Below, in pieces: positions 1 to 16,400 of a DNA stretch of 64,000 nucleotides (the stretch's first letter is position 1; each line of letters begins with the position of its first letter). This DNA comes from Bugula neritina (taxonomy: Eukaryota; Animalia; Bryozoa), in assembly GCA_964035545.1 (NCBI GenBank), contig CAXIUT010000183.1, forward strand, positions 310,001 through 374,000, read 5' to 3'. The notes below the pieces were generated by a model, which was not told the DNA's origin, searched no databases, and was given only the letters and a program-made list of their open reading frames with translations. Made by a program: the position numbers and the translations under genes.

Positions 1-3000
1 AGCAACATACCGAAATATATGGTAAACTACTGAAATAGACTGTAACACATTGCAAAAGACTGCAACATACTGAAACATACTGCGACACATTGCAATATAC
101 TGTAACATACTGAAATATGCTCTAGCACACTGAAATACACTGCAACTCACTGAAATATACTGCAACATACTGAAATACACTGCAACACATTGAAATATAC
201 CGCAACCTACAGAAATAGGTGGTAAACTACTGAAATATACTGTAACACATTGAAAAATACTGCAACATACTGAAATATACTGCGACACATTGTAATATAC
301 TGTAACATACTGAAACATACTGCAGCACACTGAAATAGACTGCAGCTCACTGAAATATACTGCATTATACTGAAATTCACTGCAGCATCCTACAACATGC
401 TGAAATACACTGTAACATATTGAAATACACTGCAACAAACTACAACATATTGAAATACACTGCAACGCATTGAAAGACACTGCAACACATTGAAATATAC
501 TGCAATATACCAATATATATGGTAAACTGCTGAAATATACTTTAACACATTGAAAAATACTGCAACATACTGAAATATACTGTAACACACTGAAATATAC
601 TGCAACGTACTGAAATACACTGCTAGATACTGAAATATACTGCAACATACTACAACAATCTGAAATACACTGTAACATACTGAAATACACTGCAACAAAC
701 TACAACATATTGAAATACACTGCAACACATTGAAATATACTGCAACATACCTAAATATACGGTAATATACCGAAAAAAAAACTGTGACAGATTGAAAAAT
801 TCCGCAACATACTGAAATAAACTGCAACACACTGAAATACACCGCAAAATACTACAACATACTGAAATACACTGCAACATATTGAAATACACTGCAACAC
901 TTTGAAATATACTGCAACATACCGAAATATATGGTAAACTACTAAACTATACTGTAACACTTTAAAAAACAGTGCAACATACTGAAATATACTGCGACAC
1001 TTTGCAATGTACTGTAACATACTGAAATATGCTGTAGCACACTGAAATACACTGCAACTCACTGAAATATACTGCAACATATTGAAATACACTGCAACAT
1101 CCTACAACATGCTAAAATACACTGTAACATATTGAAATACAGTACAACACATTGAAATATACTGCAACATACCGGAATATATGGTAAAGTACTGAAATAT
1201 ACTGTAACACACTGAAAAATACTGCAACATACTGAAATATACTGCGACACATTGCAATATACTGCAACATACCAAAATATATGGTAAACTATTGAAATAC
1301 ACTGCAACACATTGAAATATACTGCAACATACCTAAATATCCGGTAATATACTGAAATATACTGTAACACATTGCAAAAGACTGCAACATACTGAAATAT
1401 ACTGCGACACATTGCAATATACTGTAACATACTGAAATATGCTCTAGCACACTGAAATACACTGCAACTCACTGAAATATACTGCAACATACTGAAATAC
1501 ACTGCAACACATTGAAATATACTGCAACCTACAGAAATAGGTGGTAAACTACTGAAATATACTGTAACACATTGAAAAATACTGCAACATACTGAAATAT
1601 ACTGCGACACATTGTAATATACTGTAACATACTGAAACATACTGCAGCACACTGAAATAGACTGCAGCTCACTGAAATATACTGCATTATACTGAAATTC
1701 ACTGCAGCATCCTACAACATGCTGAAATACACTGTAACATATTGAAATACACTGCAACAAACTACAACATATTGAAATACACTGCAACGCATTGAAAGAC
1801 ACTGCAACACATTGAAATATACTGCAATATACCAATATATATGGTAAACTGCTGAAATATACTTTAACACATTGAAAAATACTGCAACATACTGAAATAT
1901 ACTGTAACACACTGAAATATACTGCAACGTACTGAAATACACTGCTAGATACTGAAATATACTGCAACATACTACAACAATCTGAAATACACTGTAACAT
2001 ACTGAAATACACTGCAACAAACTACAACATATTGAAATACACTGCAACACATTGAAATATACTGCAACATACCTAAATATACGGTAATATACCGAAAAAA
2101 AAACTGTGACAGATTGAAAAATTCCGCAACGTACTGAAATAAACTGCAACACACTGAAATACACCGCAAAATACTACAACATACTGAAATACACTGTAAC
2201 ATATTGAAATACACTGCAACACTTTGAAATATACTGCAACATACCGAAATATATGGTAAACTACTAAAATATACTGTAACACTTTGAAAAACAGTGCAAC
2301 ATACTGAAATATACTGCGACACTTTGCAATGTACTGTAACATACTGAAATATGCTGTAGCACACTGAAATACACTGCAACTCACTGAAATATACTGCAAC
2401 ATATTGAAATACACTGCAACATCCTACAACATGCTAAAATACACTGTAACATATTGAAATACAGTACAACACATTGAAATATACTGCAACATACCGGAAT
2501 ATATGGTAAAGTACTGAAATATACTGTAACACACTGAAAAATACTGCAACATACTGAAATATACTGCGACACATTGCAATATACTGCAACATACCAAAAT
2601 ATATGGTAAACTATTGAAATACACTGCAACACATTGAAATATACTGCAACATACCTAAATATCCGGTAATATACTGAAATATACTGTAACACATTGAAAA
2701 ATACTGCAACATACTGAAATACACTGCAACCCACTGAAATACATCGCAAAAAACTACAACATATTGAAATATACTGTAACACACTGAAATATACTGCAAC
2801 ATACTGAAATACACTGAAACATACTGAAATAAACTGCAACATACCAAAATATATGGTAAACTACTGAAATATACTGTAACACACTGAAAAATACTGCAAA
2901 ATACTGAAATATACTGCGACACATTGCAATATACTGCAACATACCAAAATATATGGTAAACTACTGAAATATACTTTAACACATTGAAAATTACTGCAAC

Positions 3001-6000
3001 ATACTGAAATATACTGTAACACACTGAAATATACTGCAACAAACTGAAATACACTGTAACATATTGAAATAAACTGCAACATACCAAAATATATGGTAAA
3101 CTACTGAAATATACTTTAACACATTGAAAAATACTGCAACATACTAAAATATACCGTAACACACTGCAAGATACTGCAACATACCGAAATACACTGTAAC
3201 ATACTGAAACACACTGCAACATACTGCATTATACTGACATACACTGGAACATATTGAAATACACTGCAACACAATGAAATATACTGCAACATACCAAAAT
3301 ATATGGTAAACTACTGAAATATACTTTAACACATTGAAAAATACTGCAACATACTGAAATATACTGTAACACACTGAAATATACTGCAACATACTGAAAT
3401 ACACTGTAACATACTGAAATAAACTGTAACATACTGAAATACACTGCAACATCCTACAACATACTGAAATACACTGTAACATTGTGAAATACACTGCAAC
3501 ACATTGAAAAATACTGCAACATACCGAAATATACGGTAAACTATTGAATTATACTGTAAAACATTGAAAAATACTGAAACACACTGAAATATACTCTGAC
3601 ACAATGCAATATACTGTAACATACTGAAATATGCTGTAGCACACTGAAATACACTGCAACTCACTGAAATATACTACAACATACTGAAAAACACTGTAAC
3701 ATATTGAAACATACTGCAACATACTACAACATATTGAAAGACACTGCAACACATTGAAATATACTGCAACATACCTAAATATCCGGTAATATACTGAAAT
3801 ATACTGTAACACATTGAAAAATACTACAACATACTGAAATACACTGTAACATACTGAAATACACTGCAACAAACTACAACACATTGAAATACACTGCAAC
3901 ACATTGAAATATACTGCAACATACCTAAATATACGGTAATATACCAAAAAAAAAACTGTAACAGATTGAAAAATTCTGCAACATACTGAAATAAACGGCA
4001 ACACACTGAAATACAGCGCAAAATACTACAACATACTGAAATACACTGTAACATATTGAAATACACTGCAACACTTTGAAATATACTGCAACATACCGAA
4101 ATATATGGTAAACTACTAAAATATACTGTAACACTTTGAAAAATAGTGCAACACGCTGAAATATACTCTGACACAGTGCAATATACTGTAACATACTGAA
4201 ATATGCTGTAGCACACTGAAATACAATTGCAACTCACTGAAATATACTGCAACATACTGAAATACACTGTAACATATTGAAAAATACTGCAACATACTGC
4301 AACATACTGAAATACACTGTAACATACTGAAATACATTGCAAAATGCTACAACATACTGAAATACACTGTAACACATTGAAATATACTACAACATACCTA
4401 AATATACTGTAATATACCGAGAAAAAAACCTGTAACAGATTGAAAAATTCTGCAACATACTGAAATAAACTGCAACACACTGAAATACACCGCAAAATAC
4501 TACAACATACTGAAATACACTGTAACATATTGAAATACACTGCAACACTTTGAAATATACTACAACATACCGAAATATATGTTAAACTACTAAAATATAC
4601 TGTAACACTTTGAAAAACAGTGCAACTTACTGAAATATACTGCGACACTTTGCAATGTATTGTAACATGCTGAAATATGCTGTAGCACACTGAAATATAC
4701 TGCAACATACTGAAATACACTGTAACATACTGAAACACACTGCAACATACCAAAATATATGGTAAACTACTGAAATATACTTTAACACATTGAAAAATAA
4801 TGCAACATACTGAAATATACTGTAACACACTGAAATATACTGCAACATACTGAAATACACTGTAACATACTGAAACACACTGCAACATACCAAAATATAT
4901 GGTAAACTACTGAAATATACTTTAACACATTGAAAAATCCTGCAACATACTAAAATATACTGTAACACACTGCAAAATACTGCAACATACCGAAATACAC
5001 TGTAACATAGTGAAACACACTGCAACATACTGCATCATACTGACATACACTGGAACATATTGAAATACACTGCAACATCCTACAACATGCTGAAATACGC
5101 TGTAACATATTGAAATACACTGCAACACATTGAAAAATACTGCAACATACCGAAATATATGGTAAACTATTGAATTATACTGTAACACATTGAAAAATAC
5201 TGAAACACACTGAAATATACTCTGACACAATGCAAAATACTGTAACATACTGAAATATGCTGTAGCACACTGAAATACACTGCAACTCACTGAAATATAC
5301 TGCAACATACTGAAAAACACTGTAACATATTGAGACATACTGCAACATACTGCAACATACTGAAATACACTGTAACATACTGAAATACATTGCAAAATAC
5401 TGCAACATATTGAAATACACTGCAACACATTGAAATATACTGCAACATACCTAAATATCCAGTAATATACTGAAATATACTGTAACACATTGAAAAATAC
5501 TGCAACACACTGAAATACACTGCAACCCACTGAAATACATCGCAAAAGACTACAACGTACTGAAATACACTGTAACATATTGAAATACACTGCAACACAT
5601 TGAAATATACTGCAACCTATAGAAATATATGGTAAACTACTGAAATATACTGTAACACATTGAAAAATACTGCAACATACTGAAATATACTGTAACACAC
5701 TGAAAAATACTGCAACATACTGAAATACACTGTAACATACTGAAATAAACTGCAACATACTGAAGTACACTGCAACATCCTACAACATACTGAAATACAA
5801 TGTAACATAATGAAACACACTGCAACACATTGAAATATACTGCAATGTACCGAATTATATGGTGGACTACTGAAATATACTGTAACACATTGAAAAATAC
5901 TGCAAGATACTGAAATATACTGCGACACATTGCAATATACTGTAACATACTGAAATATGCTACAGCACACTGAAATACACTGCAACTCACTGAAATATAC

Positions 6001-9000
6001 TGCAACATATTGAAATACACTGCAACATTCTACAAGATGCTGAAACACACTGTAACGTATTGAAATACACTGCAACACATTGAAATATACAGCAACATAC
6101 CGAAATATATGGTAAACTACTGAAATAGACTGTAACACATTGCAAAAGACTGCAACATACTGAAACATACTGCGACACATTGCAATATACTGTAACATAC
6201 TGAAATATGCTCTAGCACACTGAAATACACTGCAACTCACTGAAATATACTGCAACATACTGAAATACACTGCAACACATTGAAATATACTGCAACCTAC
6301 AGAAATAGGTGGTAAACTACTGAAATATACTGTAACACATTGAAAAATACTGCAACATACTGAAATATACTGCGACACATTGTAATATACTGTAACATAC
6401 TGAAACATACTGCAGCACACTGAAATAGACTGCAGCTCACTGAAATATACTGCATTATACTGAAATTCACTGCAGCATCCTACAACATGCTGAAATACAC
6501 TGTAACATATTGAAATACACCACAACAAACTACAACATATTGAAATACACTGCAACGCATTGAAAGACACTGCAACACATTGAAATATACTGCAATATAC
6601 CAATATATATGGTAAACTGCTGAAATATACTTTAACACATTGAAAAATACTGCAACATACTGAAATATACTGTAACACACTGAAATATACTGCAACGTAC
6701 TGAAATACACTGCTAGATACTGAAATATACTGCAACATACTACAACAATCTGAAATACACTGTAACATACTGAAATACACTGCAACAAACTACAACATAT
6801 TAAAATACACTGCAACACATTGAAATATACTGCAACATACCTAAATATACGGTAATATACCGAAAAAAAAACTGTGACAGATTGAAAAATTCCGCAACAT
6901 ACTGAAATAAACTGCAACACACTGAAATACACCGCAAAATACTACAACATACTGAAATACACTGTAACATATTGAAATACACTGCAACACTTTGAAATAT
7001 ACTGCAACATACCGAAATATATGGTAAACTACTAAACTATACTGTAACACTTTGAGAAACAGTGCAACATACTGAAATATACTGCGACACTTTGCAATGT
7101 ACTGTAACATACTGAAATATGCTGTAGCACACTGAAATACACTGCAACTCACTGAAATATACTGCAACATATTGAAATACACTGCAACATCCTACAACAT
7201 GCTAAAATACACTGTAACATATTGAAATACAGTACAACACATTGAAATATACTGCAACATACCGGAATATATGGTAAAGTACTGAAATATACTGTAACAC
7301 ACTGAAAAATACTGCAACATACTGAAATATACTGCGACACATTGCAATATACTGCAACATACCAAAATATATGGTAAACTATTGAAATACACTGCAACAC
7401 ATTGAAATATACTGCAACATACCTAAATATCCGGTAATATACTGAAATATACTGTAACACATTGCAAAAGACTGCAACATACTGAAATATACTGCGACAC
7501 ATTGCAATATACTGTAACATACTGAAATATGCTCTAGCACACTGAAATACACTGCAACTCACTGAAATATACTGCAACATACTGAAATACACTGCAACAC
7601 ATTGAAATATACTGCAACCTACAGAAATAGGTGGTAAACTACTGAAATATACTGTAACACATTGAAAAATACTGCAACATACTGAAATATACTGCGACAC
7701 ATTGTAATATACTGTAACATACTGAAACATACTGCAGCACACTGAAATAGACTGCAGCTCACTGAAATATACTGCATTACACTGAAATTCACTGCAGCAT
7801 CCTACAACATGCTGAAATACACTGTAACATATTGAAATACACTGCAACAAACTACAACATATTGAAATACACTGCAACGCATTGAAAGACACTGCAACAC
7901 ATTGAAATATACTGCAATATACCAATATATATGGTAAACTGCTGAAATATACTTTAACACATTGAAAAATACTGCAACATACTGAAATATACTGTAACAC
8001 ACTGAAATATACTGCAACGTACTGAAATACACTGCTAGATACTGAAATATACTGCAACATACTACAACAATCTGAAATACACTGTAACATACTGAAATAC
8101 ACTGCAACAAACTACAACATATTGAAATACACTGCAACCCATTGAAATATACTGCAACATACCTAAATATACGGTAATATACCGAAAAAAAAACTGTGAC
8201 AGATTGAAAAATTCCGCAACATACTGAAATAAACTGCAACACACTGAAATACACCGCAAAATACTACAACATACTGAAATACACTGTAACATATTGAAAT
8301 ACACTGCAACACTTTGAAATATACTGCAACATACCGAAATATATGGTAAACTACTAAAATATACTGTAACACTTTGAAAAACAGTGCAACATACTGAAAT
8401 ATACTGCGACACTTTGCAATGTACTGTAACACACTGAAATATGCTGTAGCACACTGAAATACACTGCAACTCACTGAAATATACTGCAACATATTGAAAT
8501 ACACTGCAACATCCTACAACATGCTAAAATACACTGTAACATATTGAAATACAGTACAACACATTGAAATATACTGCAACATACCGGAATATATGGTAAA
8601 GTACTGAAATATACTGTAACACACTGAAAAATACTGCAACATACTGAAATATACTGCGACACATTGCAATATACTGCAACATACCAAAATATATGGTAAA
8701 CTATTGAAATACACTGCAACACATTGAAATATACTGCAACATACCTAAATATCCGGTAATATACTGAAATATACTGTAACACATTGAAAAATACTGCATC
8801 ATACTGAAATACACTGCAACCCACTGAAATACATCGCAAAAAACTACAACATACTGAAATATACTGTAACACACTGAAATATACTGCAACATACTGAAAT
8901 ACACTGAAACATACTGAAATAAACTGCAACATACCAAAATATATGGTAAACTACTGAAATATACTGTAACACACTGAAAAATACTGCAACATACTGAAAT

Positions 9001-10493
9001 ATACTGCGACACATTGCAATATACTGCAACATACCAAAATATATGGTAAACTACTGAAATATACTTTAACACATTGAAAATTACTGCAACATACTGAAAT
9101 ATACTGTAACACACTGAAATATACTGCAACAAACTGAAATACACTGTAACATATTGAAATAAACTGCAACATACCAAAATATATGGTAAACTACTGAAAT
9201 ATACTTTAACACATTGAAAAATACTGCAACATACTAAAATATACCGTAACACACTGCAAGATACTGCAACATACCGAAATACACTGTAACATACTGAAAC
9301 ACACTGCAACATACTGCATTATACTGACATACACTGGAACATATTGAAATACACTGCAACACAATGAAATATACTGCAACATACCAAAATATATGGTAAA
9401 CTACTGAAATATACTTTAACACATTGAAAAATACTGCAACATACTGAAATATACTGTAACACACTGAAATATACTGCAACATACTGAAATACACTGTAAC
9501 ATACTGAAATAAACTGTAACATACTGAAATACACTGCAACATCCTACAACATACTGAAATACACTGTAACATTGTGAAATACACTGCAACACATTGAAAA
9601 ATACTGCAACATACCGAAATATACAGTAAACTATTGAATTATACTGTAAAACATTGAAAAATACTGAAACACACTGAAATATACTCTGACACAATGCAAT
9701 ATACTGTAACATACTGAAATATGCTGTAGCACACTGAAATACACTGCAACTCACTGAAATATACTACAACATACTGAAAAACACTGTAACATATTGAAAC
9801 ATACTGCAACATACTACAACATATTGAAAGACACTGCAACACATTGAAATATACTGCAACATACCTAAATATCCGGTAATATACTGGAATATACTGTAAC
9901 ACATTGAAAAATACTACAACATACTGAAATACACTGTAACATACTGAAATACACTGCAACAAACTACAACACATTGAAATACACTGCAACACATTGAAAT
10001 ATACTGCAACATACCTAAATATACGGTAATATACCGAAAAAAAACTGTAACAGATTGAAAAATTCTGCAACATACTGAAATAAACGGCAACACACTGAAA
10101 TACAGCGCAAAATACTACAACATACTGAAATACACTGTAACATATTGAAATACACTGCAACACTTTGAAATATACTGCAACATACCGAAATATATGGTAA
10201 ACTACTAAAATATACTGTAACACTTTGAAAAATAGTGCAACACGCTGAAATATACTCTGACACATTGCAATATACTGTAACATACTGAAATATGCTGTAG
10301 CACACTGAAATACATTGCAACTCACTGAAATATACTGCAACATACTGAAATACACTGTAACATATTGAAAAATACTGCAACATACTGCAACATACTGAAA
10401 TACACTGTAACATACTGAAATACATTGCAAAATGCTACAACATACTGAAATACACTGTAACACATTGAAATATACTACAACATACCTAAATAT
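1..10493. repeat. ~4.4-kb block duplicated at 6090-bp offset (1-~4405 vs 6091-~10493), containing an internal 1322-bp duplication
   Basis: AGCAACATACCGAAATATATGGTAAACTACTGAAATAGAC occurs at 1 and 6091. The ORF track repeats at offset 6090 (390/6480, 1059/7149, 2611/8701) and 1322 (390/1712, 751/2073). Ends are approximate. Confidence 0.85.
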
Positions 10494-13400
10494 CCGGTAA
10501 TATACTGAAATATACTGTAACACATTGAAAAATACTGCAACATACTGAAATACACTGCAACCCACTGAAATACATCGCAAAATACTACAACATACTGAAA
10601 TACACTGTAACATATTGAAATACACTGCAACACATTGAAATATACTGCAACCTACAGAAATAGGTGGTAAACTATTGAAATATACTGTAACACATTGAAA
10701 AATACTGCAACATACTGAAATATACTGCGACACATTGCAATATACTGTAACATACTGAAATATGCTCTAGCACACTGAAATACATTGCAACTCACTGAAA
10801 TATACTGCAACATACTGAAATACACTGTAACATATTGAAAAATACTGCAACATACTGCAACATACTGAAATACACTGTAACATACTGAAATACATTGCAA
10901 AATGCTACAACATACTGAAATACACTGTAACACATTGAAATATACTACAACATACCTAAATATCCGGTAATATACTGAAATATACTGTAACACATTGAAA
11001 AATACTGCAACATACTGAAATACACTGCAACCCACTGAAATACATCGCAAAATACTACAACATACTGAAATACACTGTAACATATTGAAATACACTGCAA
11101 CACATTGAAATATACTGCAACCTACAGAAATAGGTGGTAAACTATTGAAATATACTGTAACACATTGAAAAATACTGCAACATACTGAAATATACTGCGA
11201 CACATTGCAATATACTGTAACATACTGAAATATGCTCTAGCACACTGAAATACACTGCAACCCACTGAAATATACTGCAACATACGGAAATACACTGCAA
11301 CACATTGAAATACACTGCAACATACCAAAATAAATGGTAAACTACTGAAATATACTTTAACACATTGAAAAATACTGCAACATACTGAAATATACTGTAA
11401 CACACTGAAATATACTGCAACATACTGAAATACACTGTAACATACTGAAATAAACTGCAACATACTGAAGTACACTGCAACATCCTACAACATACTGAAA
11501 TACAATGTAACATATTGAAACACACTGCAACACATTGAAATATACTGCAATGTACCGAATTATATGGTGGACTACTGAAATGTACTGTAACACACTGAAA
11601 AATACTGCAAGATACTGAAATATACTGCGACACATTGCAATATACTGTAACATACTGAAATATGCTACAGCACACTGAAATACACTGCAACTCACTGAAA
11701 TATACTGCAACATATTGAAATACACTGCAACATTCTACAACATGCTGAAACACACTGTAACGTATTGAAATACACTGCAACACATTGAAATATACAGCAA
11801 CATACCGAAATATATGGTAAACTACTGAAATACACTGTAACACATTGCAAAAGACTGCAACATACTGAAATATACTGCGACACATTGCAATATACTGTAA
11901 CATACTGAAATATGCTCTAGCACACTGAAATACACTGCAACTCACTGAAATATACTGCAACATACTGAAATACACTGCAACACATTGAAATATACTGCAA
12001 CCTACAGAAATAGGTGGTAAACTACTGAAATATACTGTAACACATTGAAAAATACTGCAACATACTGAAATATACTGCGACACATTGTAATATACTGTAA
12101 CATACTGAAACATACTGTAGCACACTGAAATAGACTGCAGCTCACTGAAATATACTGCATTATACTGAAATTCACTGCAGCATCCTACAACATGCTGAAA
12201 TACACTGTAACATATTGAAATACACTGCAACAAACTACAACATATTGAAATACACTGCAACGCATTGAAAGACACTGCAACACATTGAAATATACTGCAA
12301 TATACCAATATATATGGTAAACTGCTGAAATATACTTTAACGCATTGAAAAATACTGCAACATACTGAAATATACTGTAACACACTGAAATATACTGCAA
12401 CATACTGAAATACACTGCTAGATACTGAAATATACTGCAACATACTGCAACAATCTGAAATACACTGTAACATACTGAAATACACTGCAACAAACTACAA
12501 CATATTGAAATACACTGCAACACATTGAAATATACTGCAACATACCTAAATATACGGTAATATACCGAAAAAAAAACTGTAACAGATTGAAAAATTCTGC
12601 AACATACTGAAATAAACTGTAACATATTGAAATACACTGCAACACTTGGAAATATACTGTAACATACCGAAATATATGTTAAACTACTAAAATATACTGT
12701 AACACTTTGAAAAACAGTGCAACATACTGAAATATACTGCGACACTTTGCAATGTACTGTAACATACTGAAATATGCTGTAGCACACTGAAATACACTGC
12801 AACTCACTGAAATATACTGCAACATATTGAAATACACTGCAACATCCTACAACATGCTAAAATACACTGTAACATATTGAAATACAGTACAACACATTGA
12901 AATATACTGCAACATACCGGAATATATGGTAAAGTACTGAAATATACTGTAACACACTGAAAAATACCGCAACATACTGAAATATACTGCGACACATTGC
13001 AATATACTGCAACATACCAAAATATATGGTAAACTACTGAAATATACTTTAACACATTGAAAAATACTGCAACATACTGAAATATACTGTAACACACTGA
13101 AATATACTGCAACATACTGAAATATACTGTAACACACTGAAATATACTGCAACATACTGAAATACACTGTAACATACTGAAATAAACTGCAACATACTGA
13201 AGTACACTGCAACATCCTACAACATACTGAAATACAATGTAACATATTGAAACACACTGCAACACATTGAAATATACTGCAATGTACCGAATTATATGGT
13301 GGACTACTGATTATATACTGTAACACACTGAAATATACTGCAACATACTGAAATACACTGTAACATACTGAAATAAACTGTAACATACTGAAATACACTG

Positions 13401-16400
13401 CAACATCCTACAACATACTGAAATACACTGTAACATTGTGAAATACACTGCAACACATTGAAAAATACTGCAACATACCGAAATATACGGTAAACTATTG
13501 AATTATACTGTAACACATTGAAAAATACTGAAACACACTGAAATATACTCTGACACAATGCAATATACTGTAACATACTGAAATATGCTGTAGCACACTG
13601 AAATACACTGCAACTCACTGAAATATACTACAACATACTGAAAAACACTGTAACATATTGAAACATACTGCAACATACTACAACATATTGAAAGACACTG
13701 CAACACATTGAAATATACTGCAACATACCTAAATATCCGGTAATATACTGAAATATACTGTAACACATTGAAAAATACTACAACATACTGAAATACACTG
13801 TAACATACTGAAATACACTGCAACAAACTACAACACATTGAAATACACTGCAACTCACTGAAATATACTACAACATACTGAAAAACACTGTAACATATTG
13901 AAACATACTGCAACATACTACAACATATTGAAAGACACTGCAACACATTGAAATATACTGCAACATACCTAAATATACGGTAATATACCGAAAAAAAAAC
14001 TGTAACAGATTGAAAAATTCTGCAACATACTGAAATAAACGGCAACACACTGAAATACAGCGCAAAATACTACAACATACTGAAATACACTGTAACATAT
14101 TGAAATACACTGCAACACTTTGAAATATACTGCAACATACCGAAATATATGGTAAACTACTAAAATATACTGTAACACTTTGAAAAATAGTGCAACACGC
14201 TGAAATATACTCTGACACATTGCAATATACTGTAACATACTGAAATATGCTGTAGCACACTGAAATACATTGCAACTCACTGAAATATACTGCAACATAC
14301 TGAAATACACTGTAACATATTGAAAAATACCGCAACATACTGCAACATACTGAAATACACTGTAACATACTGAAATACATTGCAAAATGCTACAACATAC
14401 TGAAATACACTGTAACACATTGAAATATACTACAACATACCTAAATATCCGGTAATATACTGAAATATACTGTAACACATTGAAAAATACTGCAACATAC
14501 TGAAATACACTGCAACCCACTGAAATACATCGCAAAATACTACAACATACTGAAATACACTGTAACATATTGAAATACACTGCAACACATTGAAATATAC
14601 TGCAACCTACAGAAATAGGTGGTAAACTATTGAAATATACTGTAACACATTGAAAAATACTGCAACATACTGAAATATACTGCGACACATTGCAATATAC
14701 TGTAACATACTGAAATATGCTCTAGCACATTGAAATACACTGCAACCCACTGAAATATACTGCAACATACGGAAATACACTGCAACACATTGAAATACAC
14801 TGCAACATACCAAAATAAATGGTAAACTACTGAAATATACTTTAACACATTGAAATATACTGCAACATACTGAAATACACTGTAACATACTGAAATAAAC
14901 TGCAACATACTGAAGTACACTGCAACAGCCTACAACATACTGAAATACAATGTAACATATTGAAACACACTGCAACACATTGAAAGATACTGCAATGTAC
15001 CGAATTATATGGTGGACTACTGAAATATACTGTAACACACTGAAAAATACTGCAAGATACTGAAATATACTGCGACACATTGCAATATACTGTAACATAC
15101 TGAAATATGCTACAGCACACTGAAATACACTGCAACTCACTGAAATATACTGCAACATATTGAAATACACTGCAACATTCTACAACATGCTGAAACACAC
15201 TGTAACGTATTGAAATACACTGCAACACATTGAAATATACAGCAACATACCGAAATATATGGTAAACTACTGAAATACACTGTAACACATTGCAAAAGAC
15301 TGCAACATACTGAAATATACTGCGACACATTGCAATATACTGTAACATACTGAAATATGCTCTAGCACACTGAAATACACTGCAACTCACTGAAATATAC
15401 TGCAACATACAGAAATACACTGCAACACATTGAAATATACTGCAACCTACAGAAATAGGTGGTAAACTACTGAAATATACTGTAACACATTGAAAAATAC
15501 TGCAACATACTGAAATATACTGCGACACATTGTAATATACTGTAACATACTGAAACATACTGTAGCACACTGAAATAGACTGCAGCTCACTGAAATATAC
15601 TGCATTATACTGAAATTCACTGCAGCATCCTACAACATGCTGAAATACACTGTAACATATTGAAATACACTGCAACAAACTACAACATATTGAAATACAC
15701 TGCAACGCATTGAAAGACACTGCAACACATTGAAATATACTGCAATATACCAATATATATGGTAAACTGCTGAAATATACTTTAACACATTGAAAAATAC
15801 TGCAACATACTGAAATATACTGTAACACACTGAAAAATACTGCAACATACTGAAATACAATGCTAGATACTGAAATATACTGCAACATACTGCAACAATC
15901 TGAAATACACTGTAACATACTGAAATACACTGCAACAAACTACAACATATTGAAATACACTGCAACACATTGAAATATACTGCAACATACCTAATTATAC
16001 GGTAATATACCGAAAAAAAAACTGTAACAGATTGAAATACACTGCAACACTTGGAAATATACTGTAACATACCGAAATATATGTTAAACTACTAAAATAT
16101 ACTGTAACACTTTGAAAAACAGTGCAACATACTGAAATATACTGCGACACTTTGCGATGTACTGTAACATACTGAAATATGCTGTAGCACACTGAAATAC
16201 ACTGCAACTCACTGAAATATACTGCAACATATTGAAATACACTGCAACATCCTACAACATGCTAAAATACACTGTAACATATTGAAATACAGTACAACAC
16301 ATTGAAATATACTGCAACATACCGGAATATATGGTAAAGTACTGAAATATACTGTAACACACTGAAAAATACTGCAACATACTGAAATATACTGCGACAC